Below the pieces are notes generated by a model, which worked only from the letters and a program-made list of their open reading frames with translations, had not been told where the DNA came from and ran no database searches. From the IMG/VR virus record IMGVR_UViG_3300008259_000237, positions 5,138 through 69,137 of that record: DNA of 64,000 nucleotides; one strand, written 5' to 3'. A program made the position numbers and the translations under genes. Origin of the DNA: a virus. Below are positions 1-9,397 of the stretch, in pieces (within the stretch, counting starts at the first letter, position 1; the number at the start of each line of letters is the position of its first letter).

Positions 1-67
1 TTATCTATATGTGAAATCTTCTATAAGTCCACATACTTGGAATAGAATATCTCTTTCGACTTTTTAA

Positions 68-667
68 TTACCAAATTTTTGATTGTTTCATATAACCGAG
101 AACGCAGCAATATGCATCGGATTGGTCAAAATTTTCTTTCTTAAGAGTATTGTTTTTGGTGTATTGCCACTGAATTTGTGGTTCTTTTTTTGCCACTAAA
201 TCCCAAATAATTTGTTTTTTGTCAATATCTTTAGGTAGACCACCAAATAAAACAAACTTACCTTTATCATTCTTTTTAACTAATTCAGGAAACGCTTCTT
301 TCCTTGAGTTATATGTTGATATAAACTCAGGAACTAATCCTAACACATCGTATACTTCTTTACATATTAAAGTATTGTATCTCATTAATGTACTAATCGT
401 ATAAATGTTGTTTGAATTTAAAAGAGGTTCTTCGATAACTACTTTGGTAATTCCCAAATCTTTATATTGTTCTAACTTAGTTCTAAAAATTCCACTTTTT
501 AGAATGAGTTCTTTAATTTTATTTTCCTCTTTGGGTTTAGGTACAGGTGACACATGAGTTAACTCAAGTAATTCCTTTGACCTAATGTCAAAAAGAGCCC
601 ACCCAATTGTTCTGGTGGATACATCAAGTCCTAATACTTTTGGACTTTCTTTTAAAGATTTCTTCAT
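68..667 (-). CDS. RuvC-like Holliday junction resolvase
   Basis: RNase H-fold acidic motifs VLGLDVST, VVIEEP and DQSDAY. The start at 667 (MKKS) is preferred over 682, which overlaps the upstream gene. Confidence 0.75.
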   Translation of the reverse strand: MKKSLKESPKVLGLDVSTRTIGWALFDIRSKELLELTHVSPVPKPKEENKIKELILKSGIFRTKLEQYKDLGITKVVIEEPLLNSNNIYTISTLMRYNTLICKEVYDVLGLVPEFISTYNSRKEAFPELVKKNDKGKFVLFGGLPKDIDKKQIIWDLVAKKEPQIQWQYTKNNTLKKENFDQSDAYCCVLGYMKQSKIW

Positions 668-671
668 AAAA

Positions 672-2909
672 TTAAAAATCAAATTTTACCAAAAATTGCT
701 GAATACCCTGTCTTAAAACAGGAGATTGCATTTTTGATATAATCATAAGATTTTTCTCCGAGTCGTAAAGACCAATGTCCGTTATATATGATTTACCCCC
801 TTGCCAAGATGGATTTGACGATGTTAAAAATTCAGAGAAACTCAAATTAACTTTATATCTCATCTCGTAGATAGTTGCCTGAATGTCGGTTTCAATATTA
901 CCATAGAAATAATATTCATCACCAAAATTCAATGTTTCACCAGATTGATTTAATTGAACCATTGGTATATAATCGTTTAAGTTATAGTAGTCAGCGTTGG
1001 CGTATAAATCTTGTGTTATAACAAAAGTAGAACCCGTTAATCCACTCTGAGTTAAACATCCGTCAACTAAAGTATTAGCAATTTGTGGTGTAAAATCGAT
1101 TATTTTCCACTCATCAGGTAAAGGTCTTGAATCCCCTTCTACAAACTGACAAATAACTTGGAACTCATCTGCAAAGAACCCTGATGTAATTGCACATCCA
1201 CTACCACAACCAACACAACTTAAACAATTAAATTCAGGTCCAAATCTAACACTCACATTTTGAGCCGTTAAATTATTACAATCTAAATTAGGCCCTTGAA
1301 TTTTATAATAATAATTACAATGTAATGAATTTGTAAAATTAGAAGAGTTACTCAAACGATATGTAACATACAAATATTCATTATTGTTTTCTAAAATACC
1401 TGTTTGAGAATTATTATCATCCCCTGAAGTATTTGGAACGACCAAAGCAACTCTCGGGGCTGGTAAAGTCCAGTTTCTGTTAGCTTTATAGGTCATTGCC
1501 GCGATAATTTCTTCATCGTCAATAATGATTATTTTGTGGTCAGGGAATACTTTACCAATTCTACTTGGGTATCCGTCTTCAATAATCCAAGGTAAATGTA
1601 CCTTGAAATTTCTTCCTTGTCCCGTGGTATCAGCAACGGTATTATCGAAAGGTTCTAATGCAAACTTTTCACCATAGAACAAATCGATTGTTTGATTTGT
1701 GTAGTGAATAATCGCAATTGCTTTTTGGTCTTTAGGTTGAACTGTTACTGTATCTCCTAATGAGTTAACGTAGTAGACAGAACTACTATCAGTTTGGCCA
1801 CTGTCTGACATATATCCAAAATATTCTTTTGAACCTATATAACTTCTTGAATTAAAATATGAATAACCCTCATATAATGAAGGTATTAACCCTGCAGGGT
1901 CTTCTGACCAAGGAATGTTCATATTCCAAATTTTAGTGTCAAATTGGTCTAAACCACATATAGATTCAAAATTGATAACATCGTCATTCCAATGTGCTTG
2001 TGGGGTGTAACTATCATATATTTCTGTCATGTTTGGTGGATAGATGAGTAATCTAGCCCAACAAGAACTATTAAATACTGTGAAATCAGGTGCCGGTCTG
2101 TCAAGTACAATTTCAGTACCACAAACTTCAACAATTCTATATGTTAAAATGTGATAACAACTACTCATTGTCATCTCACAATTAGGTGCCGGTTCTGGCG
2201 GACATAATGGAACAGGTGTTGGTTCAGGACAAGGTGGATTTGATGGTGTTGGTGTTGGTGTTACTAAACAAGGAAACGGTTCCGGAATTTGAGGTGAAGA
2301 TGATGGAGATGGTGGAGGTGTAACTGATGGTGGATATTGTACAGGGTCACACTCACAATTTGCGAAACCTGCCCCGTCATAATATATTGTTACAATATCT
2401 CCGGCTTGTGGTAATCTTAAGGTATTTGTATTACATCCATTATATTGTATCGTAATTCTATCAGTACCATCTATTGTTGACATATTAGTTATGTAATTAG
2501 AATTCAATACATACTGACTATTAGTCAAGGCCTGCCAATTTGTTGGTATAGTGGTTGTATCGGCCGTAAAAAACCCTCTCATAACCGCGGTATTATATAC
2601 AGGACTTACTACAGAATCCATATATGGTATACCATATGTGTTACCTCCATTTCCATTAACAAAATATGGGTATTTAACATATTGTTTGTTAGATTGTGGA
2701 GCACCTGCTGCGTTTTGGTCATTAAAACCGGCCTCCAAAACATTAGTATCAAACTGATTATAAAAATCCGCCAATCCATTATATGAAACTTCACTATCAC
2801 CTATTTGGAAATAAGCGATATTAAACTGTCCTTGCGATAATTTTTTACGACCAATATCGGTTAGTTTTGTGTTAATTAACCCTGCCGTATTTTTTAATAT
2901 ATAACCCAT
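672..2909 (-). CDS. Baseplate or fibre-attachment structural protein, possibly with an internal deletion near 1582
   Basis: 745-aa ORF with N-terminal LTDIGRKKL..FQIGDSE and C-terminal ITDIGLYD..MIISKMQSPV, as in phage fibre-collar proteins. Has a Pro/Thr hinge and a TATTTATA motif upstream. Confidence 0.6.
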   Translation of the reverse strand: MGYILKNTAGLINTKLTDIGRKKLSQGQFNIAYFQIGDSEVSYNGLADFYNQFDTNVLEAGFNDQNAAGAPQSNKQYVKYPYFVNGNGGNTYGIPYMDSVVSPVYNTAVMRGFFTADTTTIPTNWQALTNSQYVLNSNYITNMSTIDGTDRITIQYNGCNTNTLRLPQAGDIVTIYYDGAGFANCECDPVQYPPSVTPPPSPSSSPQIPEPFPCLVTPTPTPSNPPCPEPTPVPLCPPEPAPNCEMTMSSCYHILTYRIVEVCGTEIVLDRPAPDFTVFNSSCWARLLIYPPNMTEIYDSYTPQAHWNDDVINFESICGLDQFDTKIWNMNIPWSEDPAGLIPSLYEGYSYFNSRSYIGSKEYFGYMSDSGQTDSSSVYYVNSLGDTVTVQPKDQKAIAIIHYTNQTIDLFYGEKFALEPFDNTVADTTGQGRNFKVHLPWIIEDGYPSRIGKVFPDHKIIIIDDEEIIAAMTYKANRNWTLPAPRVALVVPNTSGDDNNSQTGILENNNEYLYVTYRLSNSSNFTNSLHCNYYYKIQGPNLDCNNLTAQNVSVRFGPEFNCLSCVGCGSGCAITSGFFADEFQVICQFVEGDSRPLPDEWKIIDFTPQIANTLVDGCLTQSGLTGSTFVITQDLYANADYYNLNDYIPMVQLNQSGETLNFGDEYYFYGNIETDIQATIYEMRYKVNLSFSEFLTSSNPSWQGGKSYITDIGLYDSEKNLMIISKMQSPVLRQGIQQFLVKFDF

Positions 2910-2913
2910 TGTA

Positions 2914-2921
2914 TATAAATA
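2914..2921 (-). promoter_or_regulatory. Putative late promoter motif TATTTATA
   Basis: One of 17 TATTTAT copies I found shortly before start codons on the sense strand. Confidence 0.6.
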
Positions 2922-2935
2922 TAGAAAGTTTTTTT

Positions 2936-4318
2936 TTATACTGTACCATTAACAACTCCACAACTACTACATCCGCTTATTGTTAAATTAGTTATGACAA
3001 AACTATCAGTGGCCTCACCAACATAACATTTATCAATTAAATTCTTAGTTATTAAAGTTGTTGTTTCAAAAGATAATGTTGTTGCGGAAGTATAACTTAC
3101 CGATGTCCAAGTTTCTGTCTTACCTGTTATATAAATTGTTTTATCTTGACATCCCGCTAAGGTGTTTAATGTTGTTGAAGTTACCGTTGTTGTAGTATTA
3201 GCACTAAAGTTTCTTCCATTTCTCTTCATTAATGTGGAATTAGTCATGGTCGCCGCGGTAGTCGTTGTTGAACTTCTAAATGTATTTGTATGAACCAAGT
3301 CAAACGTAATTGTTACTCCGCTAGGTAATGCCGGTGATGTTTTAATTGTGCTTGTATATATTGTTGAATTATTTCTTTGTTTTGTCGATTGTGTTTGTAG
3401 TGATACTTGATATATTACCGGTGATGGTGGTTCTGATAAAACAACCGTACTAAATGTTGTTCTACCTGACACATCTTTTATTACTGTACTATAAGTACCA
3501 GGTGATAACTTTGTAAATAAAGGAATGGTTCTATAAGTCAGTCCCCCATCTATAGAGTATTGGAAAGGACCCGTTCCGCTAGTTGCTCTTAAAAGAATGT
3601 TTCCATTATATGAAGTTGAACTTCTAAGTGCGGGATTTTCGGTTGGTTCATTAGTTAATGGTCCTGTATTACCAAAACCAGTTCCCGCTTCGGCCGTGGC
3701 AATTGCATTTGGAGTACAGTTTCCTTGAGTAACTGTTATAAAACTATCAGGACTTGTTCCCGGAACATTCCAATTACTAATAGGAGGTATTTGTGTGTTA
3801 TAACTAACCATTGGGAACCATAATGGTTGTGCTGTAACTACTTGCCAATATCCAAGATTATTCCATGAGATAGTATAAAGACCATCTAACGATAACCAAC
3901 TTGGTCTTCCATTAATCATCCCATTATAAACCATTGTTTGTTGGGCTGAATAAACGGGAGATGTTGAGTCTTTAATTTGTCTAAAATTCAAACATAGATT
4001 AGGGTATCCGGGGCACTGTCCTACGTTTGACGTAATTGTTCCTGATGGTCCTTCAGCAAACTGCCATCCGTTAAGTGGTGGGTTGGGTACCTCGTATGTT
4101 ATTATTGCATATTCTCCGGGTGGGTTTTCTAAAGACCAGTAAGAAGGGTCTCCTAAATTCCAAATAATAGTATGTCCATCACCGTCAGTATATTCAGGTC
4201 TTCCATTAACAACATTAGAGGTTTGGTAGAAATAATATTGATATGTTAGAGGTATATAATCATCTGTAGTGATTGTTAAAAAAAATGGAGCGTCCGGTTC
4301 TTCTAATACCTCCAACAT
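2936..4318 (-). CDS. Fibre/adhesin-like protein, probably the C-terminal part of the 4260..5768 gene
   Basis: Thr/Ser-rich, two repeated NGRP..W modules and one SprB-like unit (GTGPFQYSIDG..LSPGTY). Overlaps the upstream ORF by 59 nt in another frame. Confidence 0.55.
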   Translation of the reverse strand: MLEVLEEPDAPFFLTITTDDYIPLTYQYYFYQTSNVVNGRPEYTDGDGHTIIWNLGDPSYWSLENPPGEYAIITYEVPNPPLNGWQFAEGPSGTITSNVGQCPGYPNLCLNFRQIKDSTSPVYSAQQTMVYNGMINGRPSWLSLDGLYTISWNNLGYWQVVTAQPLWFPMVSYNTQIPPISNWNVPGTSPDSFITVTQGNCTPNAIATAEAGTGFGNTGPLTNEPTENPALRSSTSYNGNILLRATSGTGPFQYSIDGGLTYRTIPLFTKLSPGTYSTVIKDVSGRTTFSTVVLSEPPSPVIYQVSLQTQSTKQRNNSTIYTSTIKTSPALPSGVTITFDLVHTNTFRSSTTTTAATMTNSTLMKRNGRNFSANTTTTVTSTTLNTLAGCQDKTIYITGKTETWTSVSYTSATTLSFETTTLITKNLIDKCYVGEATDSFVITNLTISGCSSCGVVNGTV

Positions 4319-5768
4319 CTAACCCATAAAGTTCAATGATATGAGACCCCGCTGTTAAATCTATAGGGTATATGTGCCAATATTTAAAAGTAATACCCTG
4401 GCTTGATGCCCCCATAGAACCTGATTGTGTATCAACAAAAGCAACTCCATCGACAACAAATCTAAAATTATTGTCAGCCCCTAAACCAACCCAATATGTT
4501 TTAGTTTCAGGCGCATTAACACATTTTGTGAAACCTAACCAAACATTCTCAAAAGCTGACCCGTCTATAGATGCATCAACCCAAACCGCACTTCTATTCA
4601 TTGGTCCTTGAGATGACGAATTATTACTAATCCAAACTAAAGGTGTAACTGATAGATAAGCGTTTGAACTTGTGTATGGTGGAATATCTCCTGGACTAGC
4701 ACCATTAAACTCAAAAGTACTATGAAATCTTGTACCTAAAATACTATAGGCCCCATTACTAACGTCCCTAAGAGTCACTAAATTAGTTGGTGGAGTTGCG
4801 TCAACGGTATATTGTACACATCCAGTTGGTGTTGGAGTTGGTGTTGGTGGTGGTGTTGGTGGTGGTGAAGGGGCTGTTAATACGCAAGTTGTATACGCGG
4901 TAAAATCTCTGTAATAATCAGTCACAATCGCCGAATAAGTACCAACTGATAGATTCGTTATAAATAAACCATTACTACCGTTACTCCAAAAAACATCATA
5001 TGGTGGAGTTCCTCCTGTAATAATAAGTGATAATTCACCATTCGCTTCCGTAGTTACTGTTGGGTCGTTTCCTACACAAGATACTCCAAGTGGGAATAAC
5101 ACAATTGGGTCACATTCGTTTCTTTTTAGGATATTATCTCCACATCTTGTATCCGAAGTAAAAAATATTGTAGGTGTCGGTTGTGGTTTTGCCGCACACC
5201 CTATGGTTGTTCCTGTACATATTTGACAAGTCGCATAACTATCATACGAATATGGTATGTTTTGATAAATCGATATTCCTTCAGGTACCCCATCTGAACT
5301 AACCACACTTGCACATGCTGAAATTGAGGATACTCCAATTAAGTAAACCTGTCCTAGTTGGAAAATACCAGGGTCGGTTAGGATACTAAAATAATCATCC
5401 TTTGGTTCTTTATTTTGGGGGCAACAGTATTTAAAATATGTAAATTCTTGTTCAACTGGACATGGGTGAACATCTAAACATCCTGAAGTGGTAGGATAAC
5501 TACCCGATAATAGATTTAAAGTAAGAGCCGTATATACAGGGTATGTTGGGGTTGTTGCTGACGATATAAATTTAAAACACCCTGATATTTCTGATGGGAC
5601 GCCTGTACAGTTTGTAATACAACCTGATACACTACTAAAATAAAAAGAATAATTTAAAAACCCATAAGATAATGATATATTACCTTCACGACCTGAAAAT
5701 CCAATATAATTAGAATTAATACAATCTGCCGAAAAATTATAATATATTGTAGATGAAGGTATTGCCAT
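4260..5768 (-). CDS. Cys-rich fibre/adhesin-like protein with an SprB-type repeat (N-terminal part)
   Basis: GGTPPYDVFWSNG..NLSVGTYSAIVTD unit, PTPTP hinge and a jelly-roll-like GADNNFRFVVDG segment. The last ~15 aa look out of frame. Confidence 0.6.
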   Translation of the reverse strand: MAIPSSTIYYNFSADCINSNYIGFSGREGNISLSYGFLNYSFYFSSVSGCITNCTGVPSEISGCFKFISSATTPTYPVYTALTLNLLSGSYPTTSGCLDVHPCPVEQEFTYFKYCCPQNKEPKDDYFSILTDPGIFQLGQVYLIGVSSISACASVVSSDGVPEGISIYQNIPYSYDSYATCQICTGTTIGCAAKPQPTPTIFFTSDTRCGDNILKRNECDPIVLFPLGVSCVGNDPTVTTEANGELSLIITGGTPPYDVFWSNGSNGLFITNLSVGTYSAIVTDYYRDFTAYTTCVLTAPSPPPTPPPTPTPTPTGCVQYTVDATPPTNLVTLRDVSNGAYSILGTRFHSTFEFNGASPGDIPPYTSSNAYLSVTPLVWISNNSSSQGPMNRSAVWVDASIDGSAFENVWLGFTKCVNAPETKTYWVGLGADNNFRFVVDGVAFVDTQSGSMGASSQGITFKYWHIYPIDLTAGSHIIELYGLDVGGIRRTGRSIFFNNHYR

Positions 5769-5797
5769 TTTTTATATAAATAATAGAATATTCATTT

Positions 5798-8700
5798 TTA
5801 TGGACATTGTGTTACTTGGAAGGTGAATCCCATTTTAGTCGCAGTTGAGCAAATTACTTTTATTATGTTTGGTCCAGCACTTGTTTTAGTAAACTGTAGT
5901 ATTAAATTAGGTTCAGAGCTTGGTGATGCGGGTGTTGGGTAATTATTAACCACACCTATCTGTCCTGGTGTTCCAGTACTTCTACTTATATCATAATTTG
6001 ATATTTCACTGAGAGTCCCTAAAGGTCCATACTTTATTGAGTTGGTTAACCAATTAATATTACTACCCGCTAAGGATGTTGCATTCCCGTTACCTTCACA
6101 ATAAAGATATTTATTTCTGTATACCGGTCTTGTTCCGAGTTCATCAATGTTGGAATTTGTGATTCCAGTTACATAAGTTATAGTCCCGTTATTTCCGTTC
6201 ATTTGCAAATTATTTCCATAAACAAATAATGAATCCGCAACTATAACATTATTCCATTCAATTTGATATCTTATTGGAAGTTGGAGACTTGTTGTTTGAT
6301 ATGTGAAAGTTACTTGGACTACCCCAATACCAGAACCAACATTAACATAGGTTTCAAATATACCGTCATTACTGGCATTACATATTTCAACTGAAACGGT
6401 ATTTCCACACTCAATTTCACATATTGAGAATAGTTCAGTAAAACAATTTGTTTGTTGTGCAATACTATCTATCGAACCTCCCGCACTGATTTCAGAACTA
6501 TAAGTAACACTATATGGGAAGGTGGTATCAACTTCATACACATTTGATGTGTCATCAACTAGATAAATAACGCCATTATCAACAAAAAGACCTGACGGTT
6601 CACCAGCTATATCAACAGGATTTATTTGAGACTCAATTAATTGTGAGTAATTGTTTGTTTCGTGAACACATATATAATAATCTTCAAACGGTGCCGAACT
6701 TTCATCAACTTGTAGACTAATCATTTGTGAGTAATCTTGGTTGAAAATTATACGCCCCACTGTATTTCTGTTTTCTGATAATACGACTTTATTAGATATT
6801 ACCGGAACATTTGTTGTTATATCAAGTTCTACAAAATAATTTAAATATCCACTTATACTTCCATTTGGGGCGATAAGTGCATTATTAAATCCTTGAGTAC
6901 TAGTGTTAACTGTAACTAATTTTGTATTACTTCTCACACCAATAGCCTCTCCCATTTCAAAACCAACATTTAAGGTTCTATTTAAAACGGAGGTAAAACC
7001 GTTAAGTGTTATATCATATTCCTGTATTGATGATGAATTAACACCAACTGAATAAACCCAAAGTTTACTACTTGTAAACGCAATACTTTGACTGTCATAT
7101 GTATATTCAGTAATAGTTAATAAACTACTTGTATCAGAACTAAATTCATAAGCGTAGGCTTCGTTTGGAGGTTGTATATAAATCATATCACAATCTTTGA
7201 TTACTGGTCCTGGTGTTGGTGGTATATTACAAACACATGATACATCATAACTTATTTTTAAAGCAACTGTAACTTGGCTGTTATCTAAAGATAGTGAAAG
7301 GTCTGAACAATTTGTTTGTATAGTAATTCTGTTTTCATCAGGTAGTATGATAACGTTACCTATTACGGAATATGATAATAAAGCGTCTTTGATTGCATCA
7401 AACCATTGATTATCTGTAGGGTAGTCACCTAAACTATTACTTGTGTAGAAAGCAGTTTCCACATTAACACCAGCTAAACTAACCTGACTATAAAAAATTG
7501 CTTCGTTTAATACGCAATTAGTTTCACCAGACACTAAATCATAATAACCTTCAGTATACATCTGAGGTATTTTCTTAGCAATTACAACTCCATTATATAG
7601 TAATGTAGATTCACAATAATCAAATACATCATAAGTCCCAAAACTATTGTACCCATAAATTGTGGTCGACCTTGTTAATTGACAACCATTTCCATCGGTT
7701 ATAAGTGCGGTGTATGTTCCGGCACTTAGATTAGTTAATGTTAAACCTGTTTGTCCGTTAACATTATTACTTATCCATGATACAGTATATGGTGGAGGTC
7801 CGTCAGTAATATATGTTTGGACTTGACCGTTATTAATATTAGAAGCGTCAGTTGGAACTAATGTAAAATCAATACTTGGTGTATCAGGAACAATTATGGT
7901 CTGTGTTTGTGTACAATTTGTAAAATCAGATACACTGACAAAATATGTTCCGGCAAACAAGTTATTGAATGTAACTGCGGTTTGTGAAGTATTTGAAATT
8001 GTTGGTTGTCCTTGGAACTGATAAGTGTAGGTTGATGTGCCTCCGGTAGACAGAACTATTTTCACAGAGCCGTTATTTGTATCACAAGTACTACCTGTTA
8101 TTTCAGTTGAAAAAGTAAATTTTTCAGTGTTGTTTATTGTATACGTATTTGTAAATGAGCACGATGTGTTCGATATTGTTAATGTATACGTACCTGCCGA
8201 TAATCCTTGGAACTGATTTGTAAATCCATTTATTGTTTGTTCTATTGAATTACCTGACGGATAAGTCAATGTATATGTGAATGGAGGGGTCCCTCCGTTC
8301 AAAGTAATTGGACTTAATGCTCCTGATGAATTATTACATGTTGAGTTAACTATCCCAACTGTTAATATTGAAAACCCATTTGGAGCGGTTAAAGAATACT
8401 GATATGTACTAGTACATAAACCAGCATCCGTAATTGTGATGTCATACACACCTGAAGAAAGTCCACTTAATACAAATTGTTGGTTAAAAGTTATTAAAGA
8501 TTCCCCATTACTAGCAACATAATTGTAAGGTGGAGTACCTCCTGAAATTAATATTGTAATTTGACCTTCATTACCGGAACAACTTGGTGATACAGGTATA
8601 TAATCAACGATTCCAACAGGTGGTACAGTATCGACTGTTGCTAATTTAGTTACTTGACATCCTGTAGAATCAGTAAGTGTTAATTGATATACACCCGCAG

Positions 8701-9397
8701 TAAGACCCGTTAAACTACTTATTCCTGGTATAGGGTTCCCTGCCGGACTAGGAGACCATTGATATACATATGGTGGGAATCCAGTAGCCCCTGTCACATA
8801 TATTTTACCTCCTGGTGCCGGGTCACAAGCGGTGTCATTAACAATATAAAAACCAAAATCTAATTCAGATGATGTTTTTATAATACAAGTTTCTGATTTA
8901 CCTGAACATCCTCCCCCATCATTAACTATCACATAATATGTACCAGCATTTAAATTTGAGAATATAAAAAAATCCTGTATAGAATTACCTGAGGTTATAT
9001 ACCCACTTGTATTTTCAAACAAAAAGTAATCAGTGTTTGAAAGATTATTGTCAGTTTGTGCGGTTATTACTCCGTTTGGTAGATTACAGGTAGTGTTTGA
9101 GTGTGCGTAAATTGATGAACACACTCCGTCAGATATTACCGCATTAACATAAGTTGTAGTTGGGCTGCCAGCACAACTGTCTTGAATTAAAAATGTATAT
9201 GTGTTTGGAGTTAAATTTGTTTGTGTAAATGAACTAACTCCAATAGGTAAGGGTGTTAACGCACCTGTAGTTGGGCTAATTAATTGGTAATAAAATGGTG
9301 GAGTTGAGCCCACGATATTAATTGTAAAAGCACCCGAACCTGTGTTTAAACAATCCCCCGTAACTGAAACTCTAGCTGATAAATTACATGTCGCCAT
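5798..9397 (-). CDS. SprB-repeat tail fibre / receptor-binding protein
   Basis: Seven tandem units of C..NG.I....GG.PPY.Y....L.AG.Y..T.TD..GC type, followed by a distinct beta-rich C-terminal half. Confidence 0.7.
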   Translation of the reverse strand: MATCNLSARVSVTGDCLNTGSGAFTINIVGSTPPFYYQLISPTTGALTPLPIGVSSFTQTNLTPNTYTFLIQDSCAGSPTTTYVNAVISDGVCSSIYAHSNTTCNLPNGVITAQTDNNLSNTDYFLFENTSGYITSGNSIQDFFIFSNLNAGTYYVIVNDGGGCSGKSETCIIKTSSELDFGFYIVNDTACDPAPGGKIYVTGATGFPPYVYQWSPSPAGNPIPGISSLTGLTAGVYQLTLTDSTGCQVTKLATVDTVPPVGIVDYIPVSPSCSGNEGQITILISGGTPPYNYVASNGESLITFNQQFVLSGLSSGVYDITITDAGLCTSTYQYSLTAPNGFSILTVGIVNSTCNNSSGALSPITLNGGTPPFTYTLTYPSGNSIEQTINGFTNQFQGLSAGTYTLTISNTSCSFTNTYTINNTEKFTFSTEITGSTCDTNNGSVKIVLSTGGTSTYTYQFQGQPTISNTSQTAVTFNNLFAGTYFVSVSDFTNCTQTQTIIVPDTPSIDFTLVPTDASNINNGQVQTYITDGPPPYTVSWISNNVNGQTGLTLTNLSAGTYTALITDGNGCQLTRSTTIYGYNSFGTYDVFDYCESTLLYNGVVIAKKIPQMYTEGYYDLVSGETNCVLNEAIFYSQVSLAGVNVETAFYTSNSLGDYPTDNQWFDAIKDALLSYSVIGNVIILPDENRITIQTNCSDLSLSLDNSQVTVALKISYDVSCVCNIPPTPGPVIKDCDMIYIQPPNEAYAYEFSSDTSSLLTITEYTYDSQSIAFTSSKLWVYSVGVNSSSIQEYDITLNGFTSVLNRTLNVGFEMGEAIGVRSNTKLVTVNTSTQGFNNALIAPNGSISGYLNYFVELDITTNVPVISNKVVLSENRNTVGRIIFNQDYSQMISLQVDESSAPFEDYYICVHETNNYSQLIESQINPVDIAGEPSGLFVDNGVIYLVDDTSNVYEVDTTFPYSVTYSSEISAGGSIDSIAQQTNCFTELFSICEIECGNTVSVEICNASNDGIFETYVNVGSGIGVVQVTFTYQTTSLQLPIRYQIEWNNVIVADSLFVYGNNLQMNGNNGTITYVTGITNSNIDELGTRPVYRNKYLYCEGNGNATSLAGSNINWLTNSIKYGPLGTLSEISNYDISRSTGTPGQIGVVNNYPTPASPSSEPNLILQFTKTSAGPNIIKVICSTATKMGFTFQVTQCP

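Noticed and set aside
68-682. RuvC-like gene as a Cas or TnpB nuclease
   Set aside because: About 200 aa, stand-alone resolvase size, with no zinc finger, array or transposon ends nearby.
2215-2335. GGT/GTT-rich short repeats here, at 4826-4870 and at 34050-34120
   Set aside because: They encode Pro/Thr hinges inside proteins and have no repeat-spacer structure, so they are not CRISPR or non-coding arrays.
5798-9397. Diversity-generating retroelement acting on the fibre genes
   Set aside because: No reverse transcriptase gene and no near-identical template/variable repeat pair was seen in this window.
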